A stretch of DNA of 64,000 nucleotides from Alphaproteobacteria bacterium (GTDB taxonomy: Bacteria; Pseudomonadota; Alphaproteobacteria; RF32; CAG-239), in assembly GCA_900767645.1 (NCBI GenBank), contig CAAFZY010000021.1, positions 11,137-75,136 on the forward strand, read 5' to 3'. A program made the position numbers and the translations under genes. This document shows, in pieces, positions 1 through 9,556 of the stretch. The notes under the pieces are model-generated. The model made no database searches, was not told the DNA's origin, and saw only the letters and a list, made by a program, of their open reading frames with translations. The stretch's first letter is position 1. The number at the start of each line of letters is the position of its first letter.

Positions 1-439
1 GTTCTTGCTTTTGCGCTTCGGTCACATAGTCGGCGTTATCTTTGGTAAAATCGGGCGCGGCGGCCAAACCTAAAATTCCGCACACGCGTTCAGGGCGCAA
101 AGTTGCCGCTTTTAAGCTGAGCCAACCGCCGAGCGAGGCGCCGGCTAAAATGATTTTGCCGGACAGACTGTCAATAATTTCCAACAGTTGCTCTTTCCAA
201 ATATTAAAATCTGCTTTTTCAATATTGGCGGCGTCAGAACCGTGTCCGGCAAGTTCATAACGATAAAACGAAATATTGTGTTTTGCGCACCATTCTTTTA
301 TTTCATCAGGCTTGCGTCCCCACGGGTCGGCGCAAAATCCGTGCGTGTAGACTAAAGTAATTTCTGTATTATTGGAAAAATCTGCTTGAATATACTCAAA
401 ATCAGTTGTAAAACCATTAGAAAAAGTGTGCTTTTGCAT
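1..439 (-). CDS. alpha/beta-fold hydrolase, partial (3' end lies beyond the window start)
   Basis: Absent from the ORF track because it has no stop in the window. Minus-strand ATG at 439-437. My translation is MQKHTFSNGF...LVYTHGF...ILAGASLGGWLSL, which has an HG oxyanion motif and a GxSxG nucleophile elbow. Confidence 0.6.
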   Translation of the reverse strand, partial: MQKHTFSNGFTTDFEYIQADFSNNTEITLVYTHGFCADPWGRKPDEIKEWCAKHNISFYRYELAGHGSDAANIEKADFNIWKEQLLEIIDSLSGKIILAGASLGGWLSLKAATLRPERVCGILGLAAAPDFTKDNADYVTEAQKQE

Positions 440-486
440 ATAAAATAACTCCGTTAATTAAAATTAAGAGGGATTGTATAATCAAA

Positions 487-1641
487 ATGGAAAAAAATAA
501 AGATAAAAAACCTGTTGTTCTGCAAGTTTTGCCGGAACTTAATCAGGGGGGTGTTGAAATCGGCACCATTGAAATTGCCACCGCATTGCAAGAACATGGA
601 ATTTCTAATTTTGTGGCATCGGCCGGCGGACGTTTGGCATATAATCTTGACCGTATAAAAGTTCCGCATTTTACATTGCCGCTTAAAACCAAAAATCCGT
701 TTAAATTATGGCTTAATTATCGCCGTCTGGTTAAAATAATCAAAGAAAACGGCATTAATATCGTGCATGCCCGCTCGCGCGCGCCGGCATGGAGTGCTTA
801 TTGGGCGGCTAAAAAAACCGGAGCTAAGTTTTTAACCACTTTTCACGGTACTTACGGTTTAAGCCCCAAATGGATTAAAAAATATTATAACCGCGTTATG
901 ACATACGGTGATTTGGTAATTGCCGTTTCTAATCACATCAAAAAACACATTTTGAAAAATTATGATTGCGATGAAAAAAAGATTCGTTTGATTCACCGCT
1001 GCGTTAATATGGAAAAATTTGATGTGAACAAAATGACGGCTGAACGTATGATTAAGCTTATGGAAGAGTATCATTTACCTGAAGATAAACCGATTATCCT
1101 GCTTATCGGGCGTTTGACCCGTTGGAAGGGACAGCGCCTGATGATTGACGCTTTGGCAAAAATTAAAGATTCTGATTATTTTTGCGTGTTTGTCGGCGAT
1201 GATCAAGGGCGTGATTATTATACTCAAGAATTAAAAGAAACAATCAGCGCTCAAGGGCTTGACGGTCGTTTTGCCTTTATTCGCAATGTTACCGATGTTC
1301 CTGCCATGATGATGATTTCAGATGTTGTGGTTTCAGCCTCAACCGAGCCGGAAGCCTTCGGGCGTATTGCCGCAGAAGGCGAGGCTATGGGACGTATCGT
1401 GATTGCTTCAAATATCGGCGGTTCGCTCGAAAACATCAAAGACGGCGTTACAGGTCGACTTTTTGCCAGCGGCGATGCCGACGCTCTGGCTGAAGCCTTG
1501 AAATGGGCTTTAAACCTCACTACTGAAGAACGTGAGAAAATCGGTGCGGCTGCAATTGAATATGTTAAACAAAATTTCACAAAAGAAATTATGTGTGATA
1601 AAACTATTGCAGTTTATCAAGAATTGATTAATATGGACTAG
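487..1641 (+). CDS. glycosyltransferase, GT-B fold (family 4/1-like)
   Basis: 384-aa ORF. The C-terminal EPEAFGRIAAEGEAMG resembles the E-x7-E motif of retaining GT4 enzymes. A GAGGGA RBS lies upstream. Confidence 0.8.
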   Translation: MEKNKDKKPVVLQVLPELNQGGVEIGTIEIATALQEHGISNFVASAGGRLAYNLDRIKVPHFTLPLKTKNPFKLWLNYRRLVKIIKENGINIVHARSRAPAWSAYWAAKKTGAKFLTTFHGTYGLSPKWIKKYYNRVMTYGDLVIAVSNHIKKHILKNYDCDEKKIRLIHRCVNMEKFDVNKMTAERMIKLMEEYHLPEDKPIILLIGRLTRWKGQRLMIDALAKIKDSDYFCVFVGDDQGRDYYTQELKETISAQGLDGRFAFIRNVTDVPAMMMISDVVVSASTEPEAFGRIAAEGEAMGRIVIASNIGGSLENIKDGVTGRLFASGDADALAEALKWALNLTTEEREKIGAAAIEYVKQNFTKEIMCDKTIAVYQELINMD

Positions 1642-1671
1642 TTACAAATTTTTAAAGAAAAGAGGAAAATA

Positions 1672-3603
1672 ATGGTTAATATCAAGTTGCCTGACGGCAG
1701 TGTGATGAAAATGGAAAATGGCGCTAACGGTTATGATGTTGCCGCCAAAATCAGTGCGGGTTTGGCTAAAGCCGCATTGGCAGTTAAAGTTAATGATAAA
1801 TTACAAGACTTAACAACTCCGATCACAACCGATGCAACAGTAACCGTTATTACCGCCAAAGATAAAGACGGATTACACATTTTGCGTCACTCGGCTTCAC
1901 ACATTATGGCGGAAGCAGTTAAAGAATTGTGGCCTGATGTTCAGGTTACAATCGGTCCTGCCATTGATAACGGTTTTTACTATGACTTTTCGCGTAAAGA
2001 ACCGTTCACTACTGAAGATTTTGCTAAAATTGAAGCCAAAATGCATGAAATTGTTAAACGCGATGAAAAAATTGAGCGTTTTGTGTTGCCACGTAATGAA
2101 GCGGTTAAATTCTTTACCGATAAAGGCGAACATTATAAAGCTGAAATTATTAATGATTTGCCTGAAGATGAGGTTATATCGCTTTATAAGCAAGGAGATT
2201 TTACTGACTTGTGCCGCGGGCCGCACGTTCCGTCAACCGCTAAAGTAGGCGATGCCTTTAAGTTAATGAAGGTTGCCGGCGCATATTGGCGCGGCGATTC
2301 CAACAATGAAATGCTGCAGCGTATTTATGCTACCGCTTGGGCTGACAAAAAAGACCTTAAAGCTTATTTGGATATGCTTGAAGAGGCGGCTAAGCGCGAT
2401 CACCGTAAATTGGGGCGTGAAATGGATTTGTTCCATTTTGAACCTGAATATGCCCCCGGCGCGGTTTTCTGGCACGATAAAGGCTATAAAATTTATCGTA
2501 AGTTGATTGAATATATGCGCAATCGTCAGGAAAATAACGGCTATACCGAAGTTTCAACTCCGCGCGTTATGGACAGATGTTTATGGGAAATTTCCGGTCA
2601 CTGGGATAAGTATGGCGCGCATAACTACTCCGGTCAAACTGAAGATAAAAAGTGGTTCTGTATTAAACCGATGAACTGCCCCGGCGGATTGCTGATTTAC
2701 AAACAAGGCATCAAGTCGTACCGTGATTTACCGTTGCGTATTGCCGAATTTGGTAAAGTAAACCGTTATGAGGCTTCGGGCGCCTTAATGGGCTTGATGC
2801 GCGTGCGTGAATTTACACAAGATGATGCGCACATTTTCTGCACTCCGGAACAAATGGAAGAAGAATGCATCACCACTTTGAAACTGATTTTGGATATTTA
2901 CAAAGATTTCGGCTTTGAAGATGTTAAAATTTATCTTTCAACACGTCCGGACAGCATTTATCGTATCGGCTCAGATGAAATTTGGGATTTGTGCGAAAAC
3001 TCATTGGCTAATGCCTTAACCTCGCATGGTTACAAGTATGAAATCAATCCGGGTGAGGGTGCGTTTTACGGTCCTAAACTTGAATTTATTTTGAAAGACG
3101 CTATCGGTCGTGAATGGCAATGCGGCACTATTCAGGTTGATATGAACTTACCGGAACGTTTTGATATTTCATACATCGGCGAAGATGGTGAAAAACACCG
3201 TCCGGTAATGTTGCACCGCGCTTTGTTCGGCTCAATTGAACGCTTTTTGGGTATTTTAATTGAAAATCACGCCGGACGTTTGCCGTTGTGGCTTTCGCCG
3301 GAACAAGTTGTGGTTATGCCGATTGTAAGTGATTTTGACGATTATGCGGCTGAAGTTGCCAAAGAACTCCGCAAAGCCGGATTGAGCGCTAAAACCGATT
3401 TGCGTAATGAAAAAATCAATTACAAGATTCGCGAACACTCTTTGGCTAAAATACCGGTAATTGCCGTTGTCGGCGCCAAAGAAAAAGAAAACCGCACGGT
3501 TACGGTTCGTCGCCTTGGCTCTGAAAAGCAAGAAGTTGTTAAACTTGCTGATTTTGTTAAGGCTTTGGCAGCGGAAGCAACCATGCCGCACCTTGGCGAA
3601 TAA
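1672..3603 (+). CDS. thrS: threonine--tRNA ligase
   Basis: 643 aa with an N-terminal TGS-like region, the editing-domain HSASH motif and class II core motifs (FRVREFTQDDAHIF). An AGAGGA RBS is present. Confidence 0.95.
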   Translation: MVNIKLPDGSVMKMENGANGYDVAAKISAGLAKAALAVKVNDKLQDLTTPITTDATVTVITAKDKDGLHILRHSASHIMAEAVKELWPDVQVTIGPAIDNGFYYDFSRKEPFTTEDFAKIEAKMHEIVKRDEKIERFVLPRNEAVKFFTDKGEHYKAEIINDLPEDEVISLYKQGDFTDLCRGPHVPSTAKVGDAFKLMKVAGAYWRGDSNNEMLQRIYATAWADKKDLKAYLDMLEEAAKRDHRKLGREMDLFHFEPEYAPGAVFWHDKGYKIYRKLIEYMRNRQENNGYTEVSTPRVMDRCLWEISGHWDKYGAHNYSGQTEDKKWFCIKPMNCPGGLLIYKQGIKSYRDLPLRIAEFGKVNRYEASGALMGLMRVREFTQDDAHIFCTPEQMEEECITTLKLILDIYKDFGFEDVKIYLSTRPDSIYRIGSDEIWDLCENSLANALTSHGYKYEINPGEGAFYGPKLEFILKDAIGREWQCGTIQVDMNLPERFDISYIGEDGEKHRPVMLHRALFGSIERFLGILIENHAGRLPLWLSPEQVVVMPIVSDFDDYAAEVAKELRKAGLSAKTDLRNEKINYKIREHSLAKIPVIAVVGAKEKENRTVTVRRLGSEKQEVVKLADFVKALAAEATMPHLGE

Positions 3604-3619
3604 GCTAAAATAAACAATA

Positions 3620-3653
3620 AAAACCGCCGTTTATGAAAATAAGCGGCGGTTTT
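3620..3653. terminator. bidirectional rho-independent terminator between thrS and pilin-like gene A
   Basis: aaaaccgccg/cggcggtttt 10-bp stem, flanked by an A-run on one side and a T-run on the other. Confidence 0.7.
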
Positions 3654-3660
3654 GTGTTGC

Positions 3661-4500
3661 TTAAGCCTTAAAGAAAATGAAAAAAGAACATCTGCTTTCG
3701 GAATTACATGATGAGCAAAAATCATCAATTTCTTTAACTCCGACATCTCGCAATTTGGTGCCGTTATATTTTGATAAATCACCAAGCAAAATACCGGAAT
3801 TGACAAATCCGTGAGTTGCATCGCTGTTGCCGGCGCGAATTTGTACTTCATCAATATTTTCGTGGTTTTCTTTAGCAACCGTAACCGCATTACGGCAAAT
3901 TTCAATGGAGCGCTGAGAGACGGTATTGTTTACTCTCTCCATATACCAAGCGATAAAATACTCACGGTTTTGATATACCGGCTCTAAATAGTATGTAATG
4001 CTTATGCTGTTATTAAAAATATCGTATATGCGATTGTTCTTATAAGTCATTCCGTTCGGTATCAGATTTAATTTGTAAAAAATTTCGGTACTGATTTCAT
4101 TTTCGGAAAAAGAGCGTGACAAATCAGGCCCGATTTGAATAGCGCTGTTAATTAAGCTGTTAAACGATTCCGAAAATTTGTTAAGTTTGTACTTGAACAT
4201 CGCCTTGCTGTAACCTGCAATCGCCCCGACAGATAAAACTCCAATAATGGCCAGAACGCCGAGCATTTCAACCATAGACCGACCGGCACACAAGCCGTCA
4301 TTCTCAAACTTGACCCGATAATCTGCCCCCTCACTGTCATTATCGGGCTTGACCCGATAATCCAGGTGGGACAAATTAGCTACTTGGTTTGACCTGGACT
4401 CTCCGATCAAGTCGGAGAGTGACAAGGGAGAGGTGAACACCTCTCTTACGTCGGAGCGTGACAAAGTGTGGTGTAAAAAGCGGCTGAAATTTGATTTCAT
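3661..4500 (-). CDS. type IV pilin-like protein (prepilin N-terminal cleavage/methylation-type domain), paralog A, 73-aa predicted leader
   Basis: G|RSMVEMLGVLAIIGVLSVGAIAGY: Gly at -1, Glu at +5, then a hydrophobic helix. The Cys-rich C-terminus (FCSSCNSESRC) is shared with paralogs at 18177 and 62160. Confidence 0.7.
   Translation of the reverse strand: MKSNFSRFLHHTLSRSDVREVFTSPLSLSDLIGESRSNQVANLSHLDYRVKPDNDSEGADYRVKFENDGLCAGRSMVEMLGVLAIIGVLSVGAIAGYSKAMFKYKLNKFSESFNSLINSAIQIGPDLSRSFSENEISTEIFYKLNLIPNGMTYKNNRIYDIFNNSISITYYLEPVYQNREYFIAWYMERVNNTVSQRSIEICRNAVTVAKENHENIDEVQIRAGNSDATHGFVNSGILLGDLSKYNGTKLRDVGVKEIDDFCSSCNSESRCSFFIFFKA
4340..4445 (-). repeat. chain of four stem-loops inside the leader coding region of pilin-like gene A
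   Basis: Palindromes at 4428-4445, 4398-4420, 4361-4398 and 4340-4360. They match the chain at 62216-62320. Confidence 0.75.
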
Positions 4501-4593
4501 ATTAAAAATCTCCTCAAAAAGTTAATTCTGAAAAGATTTTAGCTCGCGTTTTTTTTTTGCAATATTTACGAGTCCGTGCTGTGTATAAGTTGT
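4501..4593 (-). promoter_or_regulatory. conserved pilin upstream cassette (promoter + 5'UTR), copy A
   Basis: About 90% identical by eye to 18083-18176, 57786-57864 and 62066-62159. Contains TTGCAA, an A10 tract (T10 on plus strand, 4549-4558), TAAAAT and a GAGGAG RBS. Confidence 0.6.
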
Positions 4594-4688
4594 AATAACC
4601 ACCACGACAGCTATGCTGTTTTAAAGCTGAAAAATCCCCGAATGCGCGAGACAGACGAGGACTTTTTTATTTCAAATCAATCAGCTGC

Positions 4689-6428
4689 TTAATTAGCTTT
4701 AAGCATAACTTCAGGAGATTCTATGCCAAGCAGACTTAACAGTTTTTTAAGCATGTCGCGTACCAATGCCGCAAGTTTTAAGCGGGATGCCGCAATTTGC
4801 TTGTTTTCAGCCGTCATAATCGGGCAGGTGTTGTAAAAATTGCTGAACACTTGCGCCAAAGTGTAAGCATAATCAGTGATAATGCTTGGTTCTTTGCCGG
4901 CATAGGCGCGCATTATAATATTTTCAAACTGAGCAAGCTTTAATGCTAAATTCCGTTCGTCATCACTTTCAATCATAATTTTGCCTGCATGCAATTCGGC
5001 AGAATCGGCTTTGCGTAAAATGGAATTAATCCTCGCAATGGCATACTGAATATAAGGACCTGTTTTGCCGTCAAATTTAGCAAAATCTTCCAAATCAAAA
5101 ATATAACCGGAAGCAATGTTGTTTTTTAGGTCTTGAAACTTCATGGCGCCGATGGCAATTTGGTTGACAAGTTTTTCAATCTCAGCTTTGCCATAACCGG
5201 CAACTTCATCAGGTTTTGGCATAGATTGGCGAACTTTTTCTTTGCTCATATTGATTAAATCAGCAAGGTCCATAACGCCGCCGTCACGAGTCTTAAAAGG
5301 CTTTCCGTCAGTGCCGTTTACAGTGCCAAAGCCGATATGTTCAAGCTTGACATCGGGAGCAATGCCTAACATTTCAGCAATCTTAAAAATTTGTTCAAAG
5401 TGCAGAGATTGTCGTTTGTCAACCACATAAATAATTTCATCGGCTTTAAGGTCGTCAACCCGCATTTTTATGGTGGCAATATCGGTTACCTGATAGCCGA
5501 AACCACCGTCTGATTTTACCAAAATTACCGGCGGCATCGGTTTGTTACTTTCCGGCAGGCGGATAATGGTGGCTCCGTCGTCAACCTCAGATAAGCCTTT
5601 TTCTTGGGCGATTTTTACAATTTCAGCGCAAGTGTTATGAGCATCGCTTTCGCCGAGCAATAAGTCAAAATGAGCGCCAAGCTCGTCATAATTTTCTTTA
5701 ACCGCGGCAACCGAAACGCTGCGCAAATGCTGCCATGCCTTGCGGTACTCAGAGTTGCCGTTTTGCAGCTCGGCCGTAATGCGGCGGGCGGTTTCTTTAG
5801 CGGCTTCGTCTTCTTTGCAACGAATGTTGGCTTGCTTGTATAAAGTGGAAATCTGCTCAATATTATAAGTTTCGGCTTTAGATAAGTCACCATCATGGCT
5901 GATAATTTCAGCCAATATCATACCCATCGGGGTGCCCCAATCGCCAAAATGAATATCTGAGATAACGTTGTTGCCGACAAATAATTCAATCCGGCGGATT
6001 GCTTCGCCGATAACAGCTGAACGCAAGTGCCCGACATGCAATGATTTTGCCACATTCGGGCCCCCGAAATCCATCACCACTTTAGCCGGATTTGCAACTT
6101 TACCACAGCCGAAGCGCTCATCTTCAGACATATTATCCAGCATTTTACCGATAAAGCCATTGTTAAGCTTTATATTTATGAAACCCGGACCATCAATTGA
6201 AACAGCGGCAATATCGGCATCGTTTTGAAGCTCGTTTACAATAGTTTGCGCAATTTCACGCGGGTTTTTATGCAAAATTTTAGCCTGCGCCAAAGCACCG
6301 TTGCACTGAAAGTCGCTTAAATCGGGGCGGTCAGATGGCTTTACAACGGCAAAGCGCGGGTCTAAGTTAAGTTTGTTAAAAATAGTATTGAGTTTGTTGT
6401 TAAGTGTTTTTTCAATCGATAAAGTCAT
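4689..6428 (-). CDS. argS: arginine--tRNA ligase
   Basis: 579 aa with the class I HIGH-like motif (SLHVGHLRS) and the typical ArgRS N-terminal and anticodon-binding architecture. Confidence 0.95.
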   Translation of the reverse strand: MTLSIEKTLNNKLNTIFNKLNLDPRFAVVKPSDRPDLSDFQCNGALAQAKILHKNPREIAQTIVNELQNDADIAAVSIDGPGFINIKLNNGFIGKMLDNMSEDERFGCGKVANPAKVVMDFGGPNVAKSLHVGHLRSAVIGEAIRRIELFVGNNVISDIHFGDWGTPMGMILAEIISHDGDLSKAETYNIEQISTLYKQANIRCKEDEAAKETARRITAELQNGNSEYRKAWQHLRSVSVAAVKENYDELGAHFDLLLGESDAHNTCAEIVKIAQEKGLSEVDDGATIIRLPESNKPMPPVILVKSDGGFGYQVTDIATIKMRVDDLKADEIIYVVDKRQSLHFEQIFKIAEMLGIAPDVKLEHIGFGTVNGTDGKPFKTRDGGVMDLADLINMSKEKVRQSMPKPDEVAGYGKAEIEKLVNQIAIGAMKFQDLKNNIASGYIFDLEDFAKFDGKTGPYIQYAIARINSILRKADSAELHAGKIMIESDDERNLALKLAQFENIIMRAYAGKEPSIITDYAYTLAQVFSNFYNTCPIMTAENKQIAASRLKLAALVRDMLKKLLSLLGIESPEVMLKAN

Positions 6429-6440
6429 TTTTTATTCCTG

Positions 6441-6773
6441 TTATTTAACGCATTTAAAATAAGCATGAGAGGGGAGTACCAACTTGCAACTGAAATGGGT
6501 TGTATTTATTTTTTCAGCATGGGTTCCGGTGTTGTTTTTAACACATTCGGCATCGGCAAGTTGTTGCAATTCGTCCTCGGTTGTCCATAAACCATTGTAG
6601 CAAACGGCCGGAGCTTCGGGTTTTGATTTTCCCACATACAGGCGGCTAATATCCCGTACGCCGGCATTTCGTCGTCGGTCAATAAAAGGTTCAAACAGCG
6701 AGCAGGCGGTTAAACTAATTAAAAATAAAGTTGCAGTAATGATTTTTATACTGGACAATTTTAAAAACTCCAT
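6441..6773 (-). CDS. small lipoprotein, unknown function
   Basis: Signal peptide with lipobox LTAC. I prefer the internal ATG (MEFLKL...) over the TTG start used by the ORF track. Confidence 0.5.
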   Translation of the reverse strand: MEFLKLSSIKIITATLFLISLTACSLFEPFIDRRRNAGVRDISRLYVGKSKPEAPAVCYNGLWTTEDELQQLADAECVKNNTGTHAEKINTTHFSCKLVLPSHAYFKCVK

Positions 6774-6822
6774 TACATTAAATTCAAATTGTTTCAACTA
6801 TATTATACAAAGAAGTTTTTAA

Positions 6823-7428
6823 ATGCAAAGCGAAAATGAATATATTGGCGATGATAAGTTCAAAAAATTTTTAGAGCACTATCATTGTCCGACAACTTTA
6901 GACACAGTTAAAATGAAATTTGTCGGCGCAATATGCAGTCCTAATCTGGAACTGCGTCCGACAGACGTAATTTCATCGTTTTGGCCGGAAAATGAACAGC
7001 CTCGTCTTGAAACCAAAAAAGAAGCAGAGTTGTTTTTTAAGTTTTTTATGGGACTGTGGGACGAAATGTTTAATTTGGTTAAAGCAAATAAAGTAAACTT
7101 GCCTGCTTTTACCAAAGAAGAAAAATCCAATTTGCCGCTTTGGTGCCAAAAACGTTATGAACAGATTGAACTCGGTTATTTGGAAGGCTTTTGGGGCGGA
7201 TGCGATGACTTAAAACTTCCGGCTTACATTGCGCAAATTGCCGATTCTTTATCGGAGCTGGCTGATTTGTATCCGGTGCTTGCCAAACGCGCTTTTGCCG
7301 GTGATGACGCAGCTGAAATTAACAAAACCTTGGCGCATACCGATAAAATGGTTGAGAGGGCTATTAGTTTTATTATTGAAAACTCGGTTTTGCCGCGTAT
7401 AGATTCATTACGGCGTAAAACCAATTAA
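6823..7428 (+). CDS. hypothetical protein (possibly UPF0149/YgfB-YecA-like)
   Basis: 201-aa ORF with only a loose by-eye resemblance to UPF0149 N-terminal regions. Confidence 0.3.
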   Translation: MQSENEYIGDDKFKKFLEHYHCPTTLDTVKMKFVGAICSPNLELRPTDVISSFWPENEQPRLETKKEAELFFKFFMGLWDEMFNLVKANKVNLPAFTKEEKSNLPLWCQKRYEQIELGYLEGFWGGCDDLKLPAYIAQIADSLSELADLYPVLAKRAFAGDDAAEINKTLAHTDKMVERAISFIIENSVLPRIDSLRRKTN

Positions 7429-7440
7429 CGGAGGTAAAAA

Positions 7441-7977
7441 ATGGACGCATTGGAATGTATTTTAACCAGACGTTCGGTCAGACAATTTGACAGCGCTAAA
7501 AAAATTACTCACAGCGAGATTGAAGAGCTGCTGAAAGCCGCTTCATACGCGCCTTCGGCTCATAATAAGCAACCGTGGTGTTTTTTGGTTATTGAAGATA
7601 AAGAAGTTATTAAAGGTTTTCGGCAAATTCAGCCTTGGACGAGCTTTGCCAAAGACGCCTCTTGCGTGATTATTATTTGCGCCGATACCGATGTTGCTTT
7701 TCATCGTGAAAAAGAAGACGAACAATGGAGTTTTGCAGATATTGACTGTTCGCTTGCCGCGCAAAATTTGCTTTTGGCATGCCATGCCAAAGGTTTGGGC
7801 GCGTGCTTTTGCGGAGTGGCGCCGATGCCGACGGTTATGAATGCTCTTAAAAAATATCTGAATTTGCCGGAAAATATCCGCCCGCTTACCATAATTCCGG
7901 TAGGGTATCCGCTTGAAGAGCCAAAACAGCCGGATAACAGATATAATCCGGACAAAGTTCACTGGGAAAAATGGTAA
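7441..7977 (+). CDS. nitroreductase family protein
   Basis: 178 aa. RRSVRQF near the N-terminus and APSAHNKQPW are typical of the FMN nitroreductase fold. Confidence 0.8.
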   Translation: MDALECILTRRSVRQFDSAKKITHSEIEELLKAASYAPSAHNKQPWCFLVIEDKEVIKGFRQIQPWTSFAKDASCVIIICADTDVAFHREKEDEQWSFADIDCSLAAQNLLLACHAKGLGACFCGVAPMPTVMNALKKYLNLPENIRPLTIIPVGYPLEEPKQPDNRYNPDKVHWEKW

Positions 7978-8430
7978 TTATTTCGCTTGTTCCTTAAATT
8001 TTAAGGCTTGCTCACGGGCGAGGGAGTCTACTCGCTCGTTTTCGGGGTGGCCGTTGTGGCCTTTTACCCATACCCATCTTATTTCATGCGGTTTAATTAA
8101 TTCATCAAGCTTGGTCCACAAGTCAACGTTTTTAACATCGTTTTTTTTGTTGGAGGTTTTCCAATTGTTGCGTTTCCAGTTGGGCAGCCACTCGTTTATG
8201 CCGTTCATTACATACTTGCTGTCAGTGTACAGAGTTATATTGCAAACGGTTTTTAAGGCTTTTAACGCTTCAATTACCGCGGTTAGTTCCATGCGGTTAT
8301 TGGTGGTGTCGGCCGCACCGCCGCTTAATTCTTTTTCAATGTCTTTGTGACGCAAAATAACGCCCCAGCCTCCGGCTCCGGGGTTGCCGGAACAGGCTCC
8401 GTCGGTAAAAATTTCAACTCGTGCCGCCAT
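7978..8430 (-). CDS. rnhA: ribonuclease HI
   Basis: 150 aa with [16 protein letters not shown] and the C-terminal GHxGxxxNExxD motifs of RNase HI. Confidence 0.9.
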   Translation of the reverse strand: MAARVEIFTDGACSGNPGAGGWGVILRHKDIEKELSGGAADTTNNRMELTAVIEALKALKTVCNITLYTDSKYVMNGINEWLPNWKRNNWKTSNKKNDVKNVDLWTKLDELIKPHEIRWVWVKGHNGHPENERVDSLAREQALKFKEQAK

Positions 8431-8431
8431 A

Positions 8432-9496
8432 TTATTCGCTCTTTAAATATTCAGTAAAAAATTCGGTTGCTAAGCTTTCTTGCTCGTCTTCTTCCCGTAA
8501 TGCTCGGGCTACAAATGAGCGCAGTTGATTTTTGGGAATATAAATTCGAAAATCTTTCGGAACAGCTCCTTCCGCGCCGATTACGCCGTTAATGCACAAA
8601 TCTTCTTCAATATACGGCGATAAAATTATCTGCACATTGGCAAATTTAAGCATACCGCGCGGAGGCAGGCGCAATTCCGGACGGGTGATTAAGTTGGTAT
8701 GACCGCTGATACCGGTTAAAGCGTCCATTTGGCTGTAATTTAAAAAACGCACCTTGTTGTATTCGCTGCCGGTAGATTCGGTAGTGCATGATAAATAAAT
8801 CTCTCGCGCCAGAGCGTTGCTTTGGTTGTGAGCTTGAATGGAAAAACCGATTTTAACATATTTTTCCGGCGGATTATCAATGGTTTTGGGATAAAGCATA
8901 TCTTCATCGGCGTTTTCTAAAATTTCAAGTGATTTATCTTTAATTTCAAGTTCAATATTCGGCTGCGGACGCTTACCGAACATACCGGCAATTACCGCAT
9001 ACGGCGCCGGAACATTATTGGAGCCGGAACGAATGTAAATAGTGCTGTTGCCGGTGGTCATCAGCGGCGTAATTTCAGATTTCGGAATGTAAGTGGCTAT
9101 AAAACCGTTACCTTCGGAATCGCAACTGATAATATGGTTGCGAACCTTGTTATGGCTTGGAATGGTGCAACCGGAAATGGCGCTTTCAAGCCAACTTAAA
9201 AAGCGATGCACATTTTGTACCTTAACTTTGGCTTGGGCAACATCGCCGACTTCGGTATCGCGGGCGCACTCAACACCCCAAATTACAACTCCGCCTTCAG
9301 AGTTGCCGAATCCGGAAATGGCTTTGGCTAAATTTTTGCGGTCATCGCGATGAAGCGTGTTAAAATTTTTGCCGGTTGAAACCGCTTGCTTAAAATCAAG
9401 AAACAATTCTTCGCTTTGGCGGGTTAAAATAAACTCATCAATAGCATCTTCGCCAAAGTAAATAAGCTTTTGAAAAATATCTTCCGCACGTGACAT
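8432..9496 (-). CDS. AlbA_2 (Schlafen-like, formerly divergent AAA_4) domain protein with an unassigned C-terminal half
   Basis: The N-terminal E..LDFK ... [17 protein letters not shown] pattern is characteristic of AlbA_2. The stop is 1 nt from the rnhA start. Confidence 0.6.
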   Translation of the reverse strand: MSRAEDIFQKLIYFGEDAIDEFILTRQSEELFLDFKQAVSTGKNFNTLHRDDRKNLAKAISGFGNSEGGVVIWGVECARDTEVGDVAQAKVKVQNVHRFLSWLESAISGCTIPSHNKVRNHIISCDSEGNGFIATYIPKSEITPLMTTGNSTIYIRSGSNNVPAPYAVIAGMFGKRPQPNIELEIKDKSLEILENADEDMLYPKTIDNPPEKYVKIGFSIQAHNQSNALAREIYLSCTTESTGSEYNKVRFLNYSQMDALTGISGHTNLITRPELRLPPRGMLKFANVQIILSPYIEEDLCINGVIGAEGAVPKDFRIYIPKNQLRSFVARALREEDEQESLATEFFTEYLKSE

Positions 9497-9556
9497 GGTA
9501 TTATCTCCACTCAGTTAAATTTAAATAAAATTTAGCACAAGTTGGATAACAAAGCC

